Below are positions 6,831 to 14,573 of a stretch of DNA of 20,428 nucleotides, piece after piece. Within the stretch, counting starts at the first letter, position 1. Each line of letters begins with the position of its first letter. Source of the DNA: a virus; the IMG/VR virus record IMGVR_UViG_3300033155_002072; one strand, 5' to 3'. The notes below the pieces were generated by a model. It made no database searches. It was not told where the DNA came from and saw nothing but the letters and a program-made list of their open reading frames with translations. The position numbers and the translations under genes were made by a program.

Positions 6831-6904
6831 GGACGTTTAGCTCAGTTGGTCAGAGCAGTCGGCTCATAACCGATCGGTCCTCGGTTCAAGCCCGAGAACG
6901 TCCA
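6831..6904 (+). tRNA. tRNA with CAT anticodon, most like tRNA-Ile2 (lysidine, reads AUA); CCA not encoded
   Basis: Acceptor GGACGTT/AACGTCC, D-loop AGCTCAGTTGGTCAGAGC, anticodon arm GTCGG-CT-CAT-AA-CCGAT, T-loop GGTTCAAG. Resembles Ile2 as recalled from Firmicutes; elongator Met is not excluded. Confidence 0.9.
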
Positions 6905-6989
6905 CAAAGGGCCAGCGGGCGGTGCCCTTGGCATGGAAATAACACCCGCAGTCGCGTCATGGGTCGTTGCCCAGGGGCGCGGCACCTAT

Positions 6990-7066
<77 letters not shown>

Positions 7067-7106
7067 CTGTTCAGTCCAATAAATTGATAAACGAAGGAAG
7101 AAAATA

Positions 7107-7280
7107 ATGGAAGAGCCCAACTATTTCACGTTCGACATGAATGACCGGAGAATCATCGAAGCGATAGCAAAAAAGATTGAGCGTTTCGCTGGCAGCGGGG
7201 AAGGAAGCCAATATCAGCGAGACCAGGCACGCCTAGCGGCTGCGTATATGAATCGTTTCCTTGACTCGCTAGAGGGGTAA
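7107..7280 (+). CDS. 57-aa hypothetical protein
   Basis: AAGGAAG RBS; MEEPNYFTFDMNDRRIIEAIAKKIERFAGSGEGSQYQRDQARLAAAYMNRFLDSLEG*; not in the track. Confidence 0.7.
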   Translation: MEEPNYFTFDMNDRRIIEAIAKKIERFAGSGEGSQYQRDQARLAAAYMNRFLDSLEG

Positions 7281-7284
7281 ACGT

Positions 7285-7791
7285 ATGAAGGCTGACCCAT
7301 TTACACAGATTCGGGTATTCGCCCGTAAAATTGAATCGAAACATGCATTTTGGTGCGCCGAGAAGTTCCTGCATGAGATCGAAGAGCACTGGGAGGGGAT
7401 GCCGCCGCAAATAGCGAATGGACTCTACCTCACCATATTTAGGACTTCTGGTGTTAGCCTTTCAACGATCGACTTTCTGTCTGAAAGTTTCAAGCAGGCT
7501 GGAAGGCAAGAAACCCCATTCGTTGAAGAGGAAGAGGTCTTAGGTGAACCCGAGTTCCTTAGCCTAAACACAGTGAGGCAGGCGCTTGCCTACAAAAACC
7601 AGAACTGGGTTCTAGCCATGCTCGGAGTCCTTTCAGGTGTCAATGCACCAATGTCTTTGCAGGCTTCGACATCGAAGTGGGCAAGCGAGGTCGGCTATGG
7701 GGTTGAAATCCGCGAGCTGGACCCGTTCAACGAAGTCAAACCCAACCTTCTTGAGATGATGAAGCAGGTTGCCAACGCACCGAAACCATAA
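7285..7791 (+). CDS. Hypothetical protein
   Basis: 168-aa ORF; GAGGGG RBS; 4-nt gap from the previous gene. Confidence 0.8.
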   Translation: MKADPFTQIRVFARKIESKHAFWCAEKFLHEIEEHWEGMPPQIANGLYLTIFRTSGVSLSTIDFLSESFKQAGRQETPFVEEEEVLGEPEFLSLNTVRQALAYKNQNWVLAMLGVLSGVNAPMSLQASTSKWASEVGYGVEIRELDPFNEVKPNLLEMMKQVANAPKP

Positions 7792-7798
7792 GGCATAC

Positions 7799-7972
7799 AT
7801 GAAGAAGCTACTACAGTTTGGGCTCGTGAAGACGCCCGAATCATGGGAAGAGTTGTTGGAGACTGTCTCCGACAACCCCGAGGCGATTGGTGCAGCCTTT
7901 ATGGGCTGGAACCTTGCCTGTAAATACCACGATCAAATCTTGGCGGAGATGAAGGAGAAGGAGGAGAATTGA
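7799..7972 (+). CDS. 57-aa hypothetical protein
   Basis: MKKLLQFGLVKTPESWEELL...; the ATG at 7799 fits the gene packing. Confidence 0.7.
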   Translation: MKKLLQFGLVKTPESWEELLETVSDNPEAIGAAFMGWNLACKYHDQILAEMKEKEEN

Positions 7973-7975
7973 AAC

Positions 7976-8170
7976 ATGAGTTACCGCATCATTAGATTCC
8001 ATCAAAATATCGACAAGCCCCGGAGGACAATCAAAGAAGGGCTCTCGCTGGAAGAAGCACAAGAGCACTGCAATGACCCAGAGACTAGCAGCCGGACATG
8101 CACAGAGTTCGGACCCAGGAATTACACACACCAACACGGACCATGGTTCGACGGGTATGAGGAGGAATAA
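7976..8170 (+). CDS. Conserved phage hypothetical protein
   Basis: GLSLEEAQEHCNDPETSS...GPWFDGYEEE pattern, recalled from small phage early proteins; GGAG RBS. Confidence 0.8.
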   Translation: MSYRIIRFHQNIDKPRRTIKEGLSLEEAQEHCNDPETSSRTCTEFGPRNYTHQHGPWFDGYEEE

Positions 8171-8173
8171 ACA

Positions 8174-8512
8174 ATGGAGCAGATTGAAAAGCTGAAGTTC
8201 ACATCCGAAGAAATCAAGAGCGACTTTGTCGCAAACTTAGAGTGGGCAAGAGAGTCATCCCCCCAACTAGAGGAGACATTTCTGCGATGCCTGAATCGCC
8301 TTTGCAAGTGGTCCGACAACAGAGATAATGAGGTTTGGGTTGGAAGTGACTTCGCCCCAAGGTCGTTTTCGTTCGCAGTCAACAACAACGGCAAACACTT
8401 GCTCAATGGCGGCATGATCTTCCATGGGAAGCACGACAACGGCGGTGACGGGAGTGCGCCAACGTACTCGGTCAACCTAAATCCTCACGATGGATGGAGT
8501 CTTCACACATGA
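8174..8512 (+). CDS. DUF4120-like protein
   Basis: CLNRL...DFAPRSFSF...NGGMIFHG...GWSLHT matches the recalled DUF4120 pattern (DFAPYSF, GGLxYHG, GWSIHT); GAGGAGG RBS. Confidence 0.8.
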   Translation: MEQIEKLKFTSEEIKSDFVANLEWARESSPQLEETFLRCLNRLCKWSDNRDNEVWVGSDFAPRSFSFAVNNNGKHLLNGGMIFHGKHDNGGDGSAPTYSVNLNPHDGWSLHT

Positions 8513-8712
8513 CAGCTAAAGATATGGACCGGGTAAGCCAGATAATCTCATACGAAAGCGGAACCATGTCAGACGATGACATGGTTTATTTTTTCCAAGA
8601 ACTCATCAACGATGGTTCTGCGTGGACACTTCAAGGGCACTACGGACGAACGGCCAAGGCGCTGATTGAGAGCGGGTTGTGCCATGAGAGGAAGGAGAAC
8701 GAAGATGAGTGA
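8509..8712 (+). CDS. Conserved phage hypothetical protein
   Basis: FFQELINDGSAWTLQGHYGRTAKALIESG motif, recalled as a widespread phage family; ATGA overlap. Confidence 0.8.
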   Translation: MTAKDMDRVSQIISYESGTMSDDDMVYFFQELINDGSAWTLQGHYGRTAKALIESGLCHERKENEDE

Positions 8713-8995
8713 AGGTACAACCGAGAAACAGCGCAAGGAACTACTGCGCGATCTTATTGCACAGAATGTGGGTCTGCTTGCTGAGATCGACCGGCTCCGC
8801 GCCGAAGTGAAGAAGGCAGAGGATGCGGCTTGCGATTTCGCCAACGGCGGCCATGCGTTCCTCTCTGACCTGCCGGCGCTTGGTATGTGGGAATGCCCCG
8901 GCTCTGGCCTTTGGTACACGCGGCGGGAGGATCGATGCGAGTGCTGTGAGGAGCCTACGATGCGCGGCGACCACTGGAAGCATGGCGAAGAATGA
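8705..8995 (+). CDS. Hypothetical protein: coiled coil plus Cys-rich C-terminus
   Basis: MSEGTTEKQRK..., EIDRLRAE coil, WECPGSG...RCECCEE; GAAGGAG RBS. Confidence 0.75.
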   Translation: MSEGTTEKQRKELLRDLIAQNVGLLAEIDRLRAEVKKAEDAACDFANGGHAFLSDLPALGMWECPGSGLWYTRREDRCECCEEPTMRGDHWKHGEE

Positions 8996-9183
8996 GTGAA
9001 GAAGAAAAAGAACAGATCGTCGCGTATCTCCGCCGACGCGCCCGCCGCTACGTGGGAGCACTGGGGCCCGCGCCCGATCCATACGACAGCATCGGTGCGA
9101 CGCTCTACACCCTCAGTGCCGCGTTGATGGAATGCGCTGATGCAATCGAGAGCGGCGAGCACCGGAAGGATGGCGAAGAATGA
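8992..9183 (+). CDS. Hypothetical protein
   Basis: 63 aa, ATGA-coupled on both sides. Confidence 0.75.
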   Translation: MSEEEKEQIVAYLRRRARRYVGALGPAPDPYDSIGATLYTLSAALMECADAIESGEHRKDGEE

Positions 9184-9671
9184 CCGGAGAAAGTTACACG
9201 GACATGGACGGTAACCCCATTACCCTAGAGGAGCGGTGCCGAACGGAACCTGAGTGGGCGTCCTACAAGATCATGCATCTCCGCGCCGCGTTGGAGACGG
9301 CGAGACGAGACCGCGACGTATTGCTCGATCGGGTGATGTCGCACCGGAAGGAACGCGACGAGGCGCGCAGGGAGGAGCTTACCTCATTCTTTACGTTGAC
9401 GAACTGCGCCAACGCTATCGAAGGCGGCGAGCACCGGAAGGAGAACGAAAGAATGACAGACAAAGAGATCGAGGAGATTTTCAAGCAGTTGAATCAGGCC
9501 GTCGTCCAGCGATGGCTTAACAAGTACCCCCAGGGCCTTGATAGCGGTGCAGCCGCACTACGGCAGTTGTCGGGACTCCAATCGATCGTAGAGGAGTTGA
9601 AAGGCGACCTCATGGCCCAGCTGTCGGAGTTTCCAGAAAGTAAGGAGATTGAAGGCAATGCAGAAGATTAA
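9180..9671 (+). CDS. Hypothetical protein, probably a fusion of two small genes (internal start at 9453)
   Basis: 163 aa; an internal copy of the junction repeat with GAAGGAG RBS precedes an in-frame ATG at 9453. Confidence 0.7.
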   Translation: MTGESYTDMDGNPITLEERCRTEPEWASYKIMHLRAALETARRDRDVLLDRVMSHRKERDEARREELTSFFTLTNCANAIEGGEHRKENERMTDKEIEEIFKQLNQAVVQRWLNKYPQGLDSGAAALRQLSGLQSIVEELKGDLMAQLSEFPESKEIEGNAED

Positions 9672-9729
9672 GGCGCAGTTTCGGCTTTTTATCGACTACG
9701 AGGGGGATGAGGCAGCGACCGATGGGTAA
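9658..9729 (+). CDS. Possible 23-aa peptide
   Basis: TAAGGAG...GAAGG upstream; MQKIKAQFRLFIDYEGDEAATDG* bridges two genes with overlaps at both ends. Confidence 0.3.
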   Translation: MQKIKAQFRLFIDYEGDEAATDG

Positions 9730-10315
9730 ATTCACGAATCGCATGACAAAAAGCTGGACTGAGTTCGAAAGGGCCGGTAGCGGAGATCCTTTCGGTGAGT
9801 CAAAGACCTTCATCAACAACCTGTACCAAGTCTCTGTCGATGAGGACATCGGAGGCGCGTTGCATCTTTCTATTGTTCGGAGAGACCGTAGGCCTATTCG
9901 TGACTGGCGCCACCTCCAAAGAATCAAGAATGAGATAGCAGGTCCAGATCGGGAAGCCGTCGAGATCTACCCTGCCGAATCAAGGCTGGTTGACACAAAC
10001 AACCAGTATCACTTGTGGGTCTTCCCGGAAGGATCTGGTGTAAAAATCGGATTCCAGGAACGGCATGTCACCAACAGGACGTGGGGTGCTCACCAGCAGA
10101 GAGAGCTTGACGAAGGTACTCAGATCTCCGAGCCTCAAGGCGTACGAACCAAAGTCGTAATGCCGAAATTCCGAGCACCGACAGAGAAAGAAGAATCCGT
10201 GGAAATCCGAGAGATGATCTCCAGAGCCGAGTCTGAAATTTCTGGATGGGAGTCTGAACTGGAAGAACTTAGAACCCGTCAAAGCGAGTTGCAGAAAAAG
10301 ATTGAAGAAAAATGA
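9722..10315 (+). CDS. Conserved phage hypothetical protein (DUF7694-like as recalled) with C-terminal coiled coil; start could be 9707
   Basis: HLSIVRRDRRPIRDWRHLQRIKNEIAGPDREAVEIYPAESRLVDTNNQYHLWV signature. Confidence 0.82.
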   Translation: MGKFTNRMTKSWTEFERAGSGDPFGESKTFINNLYQVSVDEDIGGALHLSIVRRDRRPIRDWRHLQRIKNEIAGPDREAVEIYPAESRLVDTNNQYHLWVFPEGSGVKIGFQERHVTNRTWGAHQQRELDEGTQISEPQGVRTKVVMPKFRAPTEKEESVEIREMISRAESEISGWESELEELRTRQSELQKKIEEK

Positions 10316-10659
10316 CAATCATCACAGGAAAAGAAAAAAAGGACTACAAGATTGGCGCAGTCGGCATACAGCTTGACGAGGACGTCAAGGCTGAGCAACT
10401 GCTCCAGCAACAAAATGGCTGCATGAGCCTATATGTTGACCCGATGACAGGCATCGCTGCCCCAAAGCCGGGACCACAGCCATTTGCGCTGGCGATGTTT
10501 ATGGAGATGGCACAGGAGCTTGAGGCGCTCAAGAAGAGAATTGAAGAACTTGAAGACCTAATCGCCGGGACAAATCTGCAAGTCCCCGGTGTGACCGTCT
10601 GTGAACCCATGAGCGTCGAGGAGTTTCGAAAGTTGAGTGGAGAGAATGACAATGAGTAA
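10312..10659 (+). CDS. Hypothetical protein
   Basis: 115 aa, ATGA overlap, short coiled coil. Confidence 0.75.
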   Translation: MTIITGKEKKDYKIGAVGIQLDEDVKAEQLLQQQNGCMSLYVDPMTGIAAPKPGPQPFALAMFMEMAQELEALKKRIEELEDLIAGTNLQVPGVTVCEPMSVEEFRKLSGENDNE

Positions 10660-11347
10660 AGCGAAATCAAAATCAATCTGTTTTTCGGAAGAGGTTTCAG
10701 ACGTCCCCGCCGAAGAAGTTGCGGGATATATGTGGTCCATCTGGTGCCAGTCTGCGACCTTTGACAAGATCATGAATCAATTGCAACCTGAAACCTGGGC
10801 CGCCAAAGAGAAACAGGGCGGGTCTCCTAATTGTCCTCAGAATTTTGTCATCGCATGCCTTGTTCACGATTACGATGAACTCCTACAGGCAGCGATTGCA
10901 TTCTCGCCAGATGATATTCGGGTCGTCAAGAGGCGGCTTTCAATAAGCCCAGAAAGTACCTTTTACGCACGGAAAAAACTGACTCAATTGCGTTCCTCTT
11001 TCGATCTAGTGCTCGCCGATGGCACTGTGATGCTAGACGACGACGCCAGATGGGGCGCGGCGCTTTGCAAATGTGGGTCGAATGATGTGTTTGTCGTTGG
11101 CAGCGGCACCGTGACGAATAGATTCGAGTTGTCTGTTGAGGTGGAGTGGGACCCACTGCTCGGAGATTTCAAAAAGATCACTAGCGTTCTCAGTGATTGC
11201 GAATCCTGGCACGATGAACACGATCTCGATGATGTAAGCGTGAGTTGCTCAAGCTGCGGTGCTGACATACCGATCCGCACGAGCTTTTTCACCTATGAAA
11301 AATGCAACGACGTGCTAGAGCAGTTCATTGAAGATGAGTTCACCTAA
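10652..11347 (+). CDS. Hypothetical protein with CxC...CxxC possible zinc site
   Basis: MSKAKSKSICF... after GGAGAG; LCKCGS and SCSSCG motifs. Confidence 0.78.
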   Translation: MSKAKSKSICFSEEVSDVPAEEVAGYMWSIWCQSATFDKIMNQLQPETWAAKEKQGGSPNCPQNFVIACLVHDYDELLQAAIAFSPDDIRVVKRRLSISPESTFYARKKLTQLRSSFDLVLADGTVMLDDDARWGAALCKCGSNDVFVVGSGTVTNRFELSVEVEWDPLLGDFKKITSVLSDCESWHDEHDLDDVSVSCSSCGADIPIRTSFFTYEKCNDVLEQFIEDEFT

Positions 11348-11519
11348 TTTATCTGAGGTCATCATCGCATTCGAGCACCATGCTTTTTGGTGGCAGAAGT
11401 GTGATTGTGGTAAACGCGTTTGGTGGGTTGGTGAGCAACCAAGAATGTTCTTGGTGATCAGCCAAGACCGGTCCGGATCTATGAAAGCAAGAAAGGCATG
11501 TCGGAGATGTATGAAGTAG
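11334..11519 (+). CDS. Possible small Cys-rich protein
   Basis: CDCG...CRRC; fills the gap between neighbours with overlaps; weak RBS. Confidence 0.45.
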   Translation: MSSPNLSEVIIAFEHHAFWWQKCDCGKRVWWVGEQPRMFLVISQDRSGSMKARKACRRCMK

Positions 11520-11773
11520 ACACTCACGAGTTTCACGTATTTGCAGAGCCAAGAAGGTGGGCGGTTCGCCACTTTAGGGTACGAGGGCTGGAAGCGCCTA
11601 CGCGACACTTCTTCATCGTTCACGACGGAGACAAACTTCACGACCAATCAAGGACGCATGCCTTCCAGGGGGAGTACCCGGAAGGTACCCTATCGAGCAA
11701 GTTGGACAGCGTTTACGATAAAGAATTCTCATCCTCAGTTACCGAGAAGCTACACGAGCTGATGCATAAATGA
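11498..11773 (+). CDS. Hypothetical protein
   Basis: 91 aa; AAGG before the ATG; TGATG coupling downstream. Confidence 0.65.
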   Translation: MSEMYEVDTHEFHVFAEPRRWAVRHFRVRGLEAPTRHFFIVHDGDKLHDQSRTHAFQGEYPEGTLSSKLDSVYDKEFSSSVTEKLHELMHK

Positions 11774-11940
11774 TGTCAGGAACAATCAAGTGGAATAGAC
11801 AAAAATTAAATAGGCTGAAGGAAGCAATCCGGGATGCAAGAATCGAAGGCCAAGAGGTCTTCACGTTTGAGGGACATACGCTAGTGCTGACCTATGCGCA
11901 CTACCTCGCACAACACCTTGACAGTCAGCTAGGAAAATAA
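11773..11940 (+). CDS. 55-aa conserved phage hypothetical protein
   Basis: MSGTIKWNRQKLNRLKEAIRDARIEGQEVFTFEGHTLVLTYAHYLAQHLDSQLGK*; TGATG overlap; not in the track. Confidence 0.75.
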   Translation: MSGTIKWNRQKLNRLKEAIRDARIEGQEVFTFEGHTLVLTYAHYLAQHLDSQLGK

Positions 11941-11942
11941 AC

Positions 11943-12323
11943 ATGGAACGAGTAAGACCAAGAGCTGGATCGTGCAAGTCTAAGCCCCTTCCTCTGGGAA
12001 GTGTCAGTGTCACAGTCTCTGTGAATACTAAGCTGATGGAGCACGCAAAAAAGATGACCTCAGACGAGATGGGCCAATGGGCAATCGTGCAAATTTTCAT
12101 GCAGCGCTACCTTGGTCGGCACTCTTCAGGTGATTGGGGAAATCTGTCTGAACACGACCAGCAGGCAAACATAGACGCCCTGGATAGCTCCGACCCTAAA
12201 AGGGTTATGAGTGTGTACGATGGCGTGGAGTACATAGAGGGGGTCCCAACAGATGATCGCATGTATGTAATCACGGAGTGGGACCGCAGCGTAACAACAC
12301 TGCTTTTCCCGGATGATTATTGA
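11943..12323 (+). CDS. 'Plasmid-related protein' family found in phage/ICE/plasmid early regions
   Basis: RHSSGDWGNL...DQQANIDAL...YVITEWDRSVTTLLFPDDY signature. Confidence 0.82.
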   Translation: MERVRPRAGSCKSKPLPLGSVSVTVSVNTKLMEHAKKMTSDEMGQWAIVQIFMQRYLGRHSSGDWGNLSEHDQQANIDALDSSDPKRVMSVYDGVEYIEGVPTDDRMYVITEWDRSVTTLLFPDDY

Positions 12324-12367
12324 GGACCTGTACAATTAAAGCCAGCGAATGGCAGAAAGGGGCAAAC

Positions 12368-13048
12368 ATGGGAGACCTAACCAGCATAGACCTATTGGAC
12401 AGAAGTCGATTATCGGCAGGGAAACGCTACTATGCGTTCCGCATGGACTTCTCGGCAGCCACTCAAGAAACTTTGAATCAAGGAATACAGGATGTTTCAC
12501 ACGCATGTTCGTTATCCAATCCAAATATACCGTGGGCACTGGGTGATGGTTGCATTCTGGTTGTTTACAAAGTGCTGGAAACCTTCTTGCAAGAAGCCAA
12601 CCAACTTCGGGAGAGGCTGACGTTCCCTTATTCTTGCGAGGGGGTAACATTCTCTGCTTATGGGTTCGATGATTTGCCAGACCTTTCCTGGCACAACCCA
12701 GAATCCATCGCCTCGCCTCGCGGCGAAGGTGAAGATGAAGATGAAGATGAAGATGAAGATGAAGATGAAGATGAAGATGAAGAGTACAACGAGGACAACC
12801 CCAAGCCACTGACCTGCGCCCACTGCGGTCACGACGTTGACCCAGATCAAGTGGCGGCATACGTCAAGTTTGATAGGGCCTACACTGGGACTCGTTATGA
12901 GGTCGATGAGGACGGTGATTACACCTTCTACGTGGACAGCTCAAATGCGGAACCAGAGGCCGCCAGCTTTGTCATTGAGTGCCCTAGATGCGGTGCAGAG
13001 GACGACGAAGATCTTTTGGAAGGGTGCTACAGAGTAAAGGATGAATAA
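12368..13048 (+). CDS. Hypothetical protein with acidic (ED)8 linker and C-terminal CxxC...CxxC zinc ribbon
   Basis: ATG at 12368 after AAAGGGG (the track uses TTG 12320); CAHC and CPRC motifs. Confidence 0.78.
   Translation: MGDLTSIDLLDRSRLSAGKRYYAFRMDFSAATQETLNQGIQDVSHACSLSNPNIPWALGDGCILVVYKVLETFLQEANQLRERLTFPYSCEGVTFSAYGFDDLPDLSWHNPESIASPRGEGEDEDEDEDEDEDEDEDEEYNEDNPKPLTCAHCGHDVDPDQVAAYVKFDRAYTGTRYEVDEDGDYTFYVDSSNAEPEAASFVIECPRCGAEDDEDLLEGCYRVKDE
12731..12778 (+). repeat. Perfect in-frame hexanucleotide microsatellite (GAAGAT)8
   Basis: Directly visible; flanked by the degenerate units GAAGGT and GAAGAG. Confidence 0.97.
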
Positions 13049-13430
13049 AGACCAGCAGAAAATATCAGACGCCTGGGAGAGTGGATACTGTAAAGATGCA
13101 GTTTCAGCCCTCTCAACGATTGGCTTCGGACCGGAAAACAAATCCGCTCGAATCTCATATATCCGGTCACATATCCATGAATGTGAGCGGTGCAAGATGG
13201 CCAATATGGTAAAGGGCATCGAGGGTGAGATAGCAGACCGGTTGGTATCACGTGGATATCCCACCGCAAAGATGCTGTTCAATGCCGGAGAGCCTTCACC
13301 ACTAGGCTATAACACGGCGGAATACGGGTCCGTGTTTTTTGAGGTCATTGATGAAATGCAGTTCAGCCGAGAGGAGATCGGTGACATTGTGAAGTTCATG
13401 GTATCTGTGAGAATGGGAAAGGAGGTATAA
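13041..13430 (+). CDS. Hypothetical protein with HxxxCxxC (zf-HC2/ZAS-like) motif
   Basis: IRSHIHECERCK; overlaps the upstream stop. Confidence 0.75.
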   Translation: MNKDQQKISDAWESGYCKDAVSALSTIGFGPENKSARISYIRSHIHECERCKMANMVKGIEGEIADRLVSRGYPTAKMLFNAGEPSPLGYNTAEYGSVFFEVIDEMQFSREEIGDIVKFMVSVRMGKEV

Positions 13431-13431
13431 A

Positions 13432-13575
13432 ATGCAAGACGATCGAGAAGAAATGATTGATGAAATCCACTTTGCCGAGAAGTCCATCATCCAGATGGAG
13501 CACAGGGCGAGAATGGCTAAGATGGCATCGGCTCTGGGAATCATGATGATCCTCATCATCCTGATGAACATGTAA
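13432..13575 (+). CDS. 47-aa small protein with C-terminal TM helix
   Basis: AAGGAGGT RBS; MQDDREEMIDEIHFAEKSIIQMEHRARMAKMASALGIMMILIILMNM*; not in the track. Confidence 0.7.
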   Translation: MQDDREEMIDEIHFAEKSIIQMEHRARMAKMASALGIMMILIILMNM

Positions 13576-13582
13576 AAATAGA

Positions 13583-13612
13583 CCGGGGAGGGTGTTGCCC
13601 TCCCCGGATTTT
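13583..13612 (+). terminator. Intrinsic terminator-like hairpin
   Basis: CCGGGGAGGG-TGTTG-CCCTCCCCGG-ATTTT. Confidence 0.75.
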
Positions 13613-13613
13613 C

Positions 13614-13625
13614 TGTGTACGGTAA
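13614..13625 (+). promoter_or_regulatory. Half-site matching the left arm of the dif-like site, 3 nt before the recombinase ATG
   Basis: TGTGTACGGTAA versus TGAGTACGGTAA at 2400-2411 (11/12 identical). Confidence 0.5.
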
Positions 13626-13628
13626 CCT

Positions 13629-14573
13629 ATGGGCGAGTCGATTGCACTAAAAGGGAATCTTTCTCAAGAGGAAGTCGCCAGACTGATTCAGTCTTCTCTA
13701 GGGAGACTGAAGCCGGAGACCCTAAGGTCTTACACTTACGCGCTGAACAACTTTGCGGAATACTGCAATTGCAGTGATCCAGGCTCGGCGATGCATATGC
13801 TTCTTTCTAAATCAAGGGGGGAAGCCAACTTCTTTGTTCTCGAATACTTAAAGCACTTGCAGGACCAAGGATTTAGTCCAAGCACGGTCAACGCTCGGCT
13901 CGCCGCCATCAGAGGCCGAGTGGCAGACGCTAGGATGGTCGGTCTGGTGGACTACCAGATCGATGTGAAGAGCCCTAAGAGAGAGACACTGAAGGACGTA
14001 CGAGGGCCAACGGAGGCGCAGTTCCAGCGGATACTGCGCTATGTGAAGAACCCTACGTCCAAAATCGAACATCGCACCCGAGCGATTGTTTACATGCTCG
14101 CATTCATGGCTCTGAGGAGAAATGAGATTGTCAGCCTAGATGTTGAGGATGTAGATGTTCATCGCAAGCAGATTATGGTCCTGCGAAAGGGCAAGAATGT
14201 GAAGGAACCAAAATCAGTTCCATCCATGACAATGGTGGCAATATCTGAGTGGATAAACATCTCTGGGCTCACCGATGGACCGCTGTTTATCAACTACGAC
14301 CCCACGGGGAAGGGGTCGAACAGGTACTCTGCGACCAGCCTTTATCGAATGATTCGGAAGATCGGGGATGAGTGTTCCATCAAGAACCTTCACCCACACG
14401 CATTCCGGCACTTTTCAATTACAGAGGCACTTGACGTAACAGGAGGCAGCACCAGGAAGGCTCAGAAGCATTCGGGCCACACCGACGCAAGAATGATCGA
14501 TGTTTACGAAGACGAACGAAAGGACGAGGCGCTCGAAGTTGCCAACTCCATTGAGCGTAAGTGGATAAAATGA
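13629..14573 (+). CDS. Tyrosine recombinase/integrase (XerC/XerD-like, with N-terminal SAM-like core-binding domain)
   Basis: ETLRSYTYALNNF (SAM-like); catalytic R (ALRRNE), K (LRKGK), HxxR (HPHAFRH), H (SGH), Y (IDVYED). No arm-binding N-terminal extension is apparent. Confidence 0.95.
   Translation: MGESIALKGNLSQEEVARLIQSSLGRLKPETLRSYTYALNNFAEYCNCSDPGSAMHMLLSKSRGEANFFVLEYLKHLQDQGFSPSTVNARLAAIRGRVADARMVGLVDYQIDVKSPKRETLKDVRGPTEAQFQRILRYVKNPTSKIEHRTRAIVYMLAFMALRRNEIVSLDVEDVDVHRKQIMVLRKGKNVKEPKSVPSMTMVAISEWINISGLTDGPLFINYDPTGKGSNRYSATSLYRMIRKIGDECSIKNLHPHAFRHFSITEALDVTGGSTRKAQKHSGHTDARMIDVYEDERKDEALEVANSIERKWIK

Larger units (their letters stand above)
8665..9456 (+). repeat. Dispersed ~35-45-nt gene-junction repeat, four copies plus one partial
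   Basis: Copies at 8665-8708, 8962-8995, 9142-9183 and 9414-9456. Exact shared blocks: GCGGCGAGCACCGGAAGGA (9152-9170 = 9424-9442), ATGGCGAAGAATGA (8982-8995 = 9170-9183), GGAAGGAGAACGAA (8690-8703 = 9436-9449). Confidence 0.85.

Noticed and set aside
8665-9456. CRISPR array
   Set aside because: Repeats are degenerate, coding and separated by 130-250-nt gene bodies of unequal length; no cas genes.
12336-12860. Minus-strand ORFs with (LH)n or (IF)n repeats
   Set aside because: Simply the other frames of the GAAGAT microsatellite.
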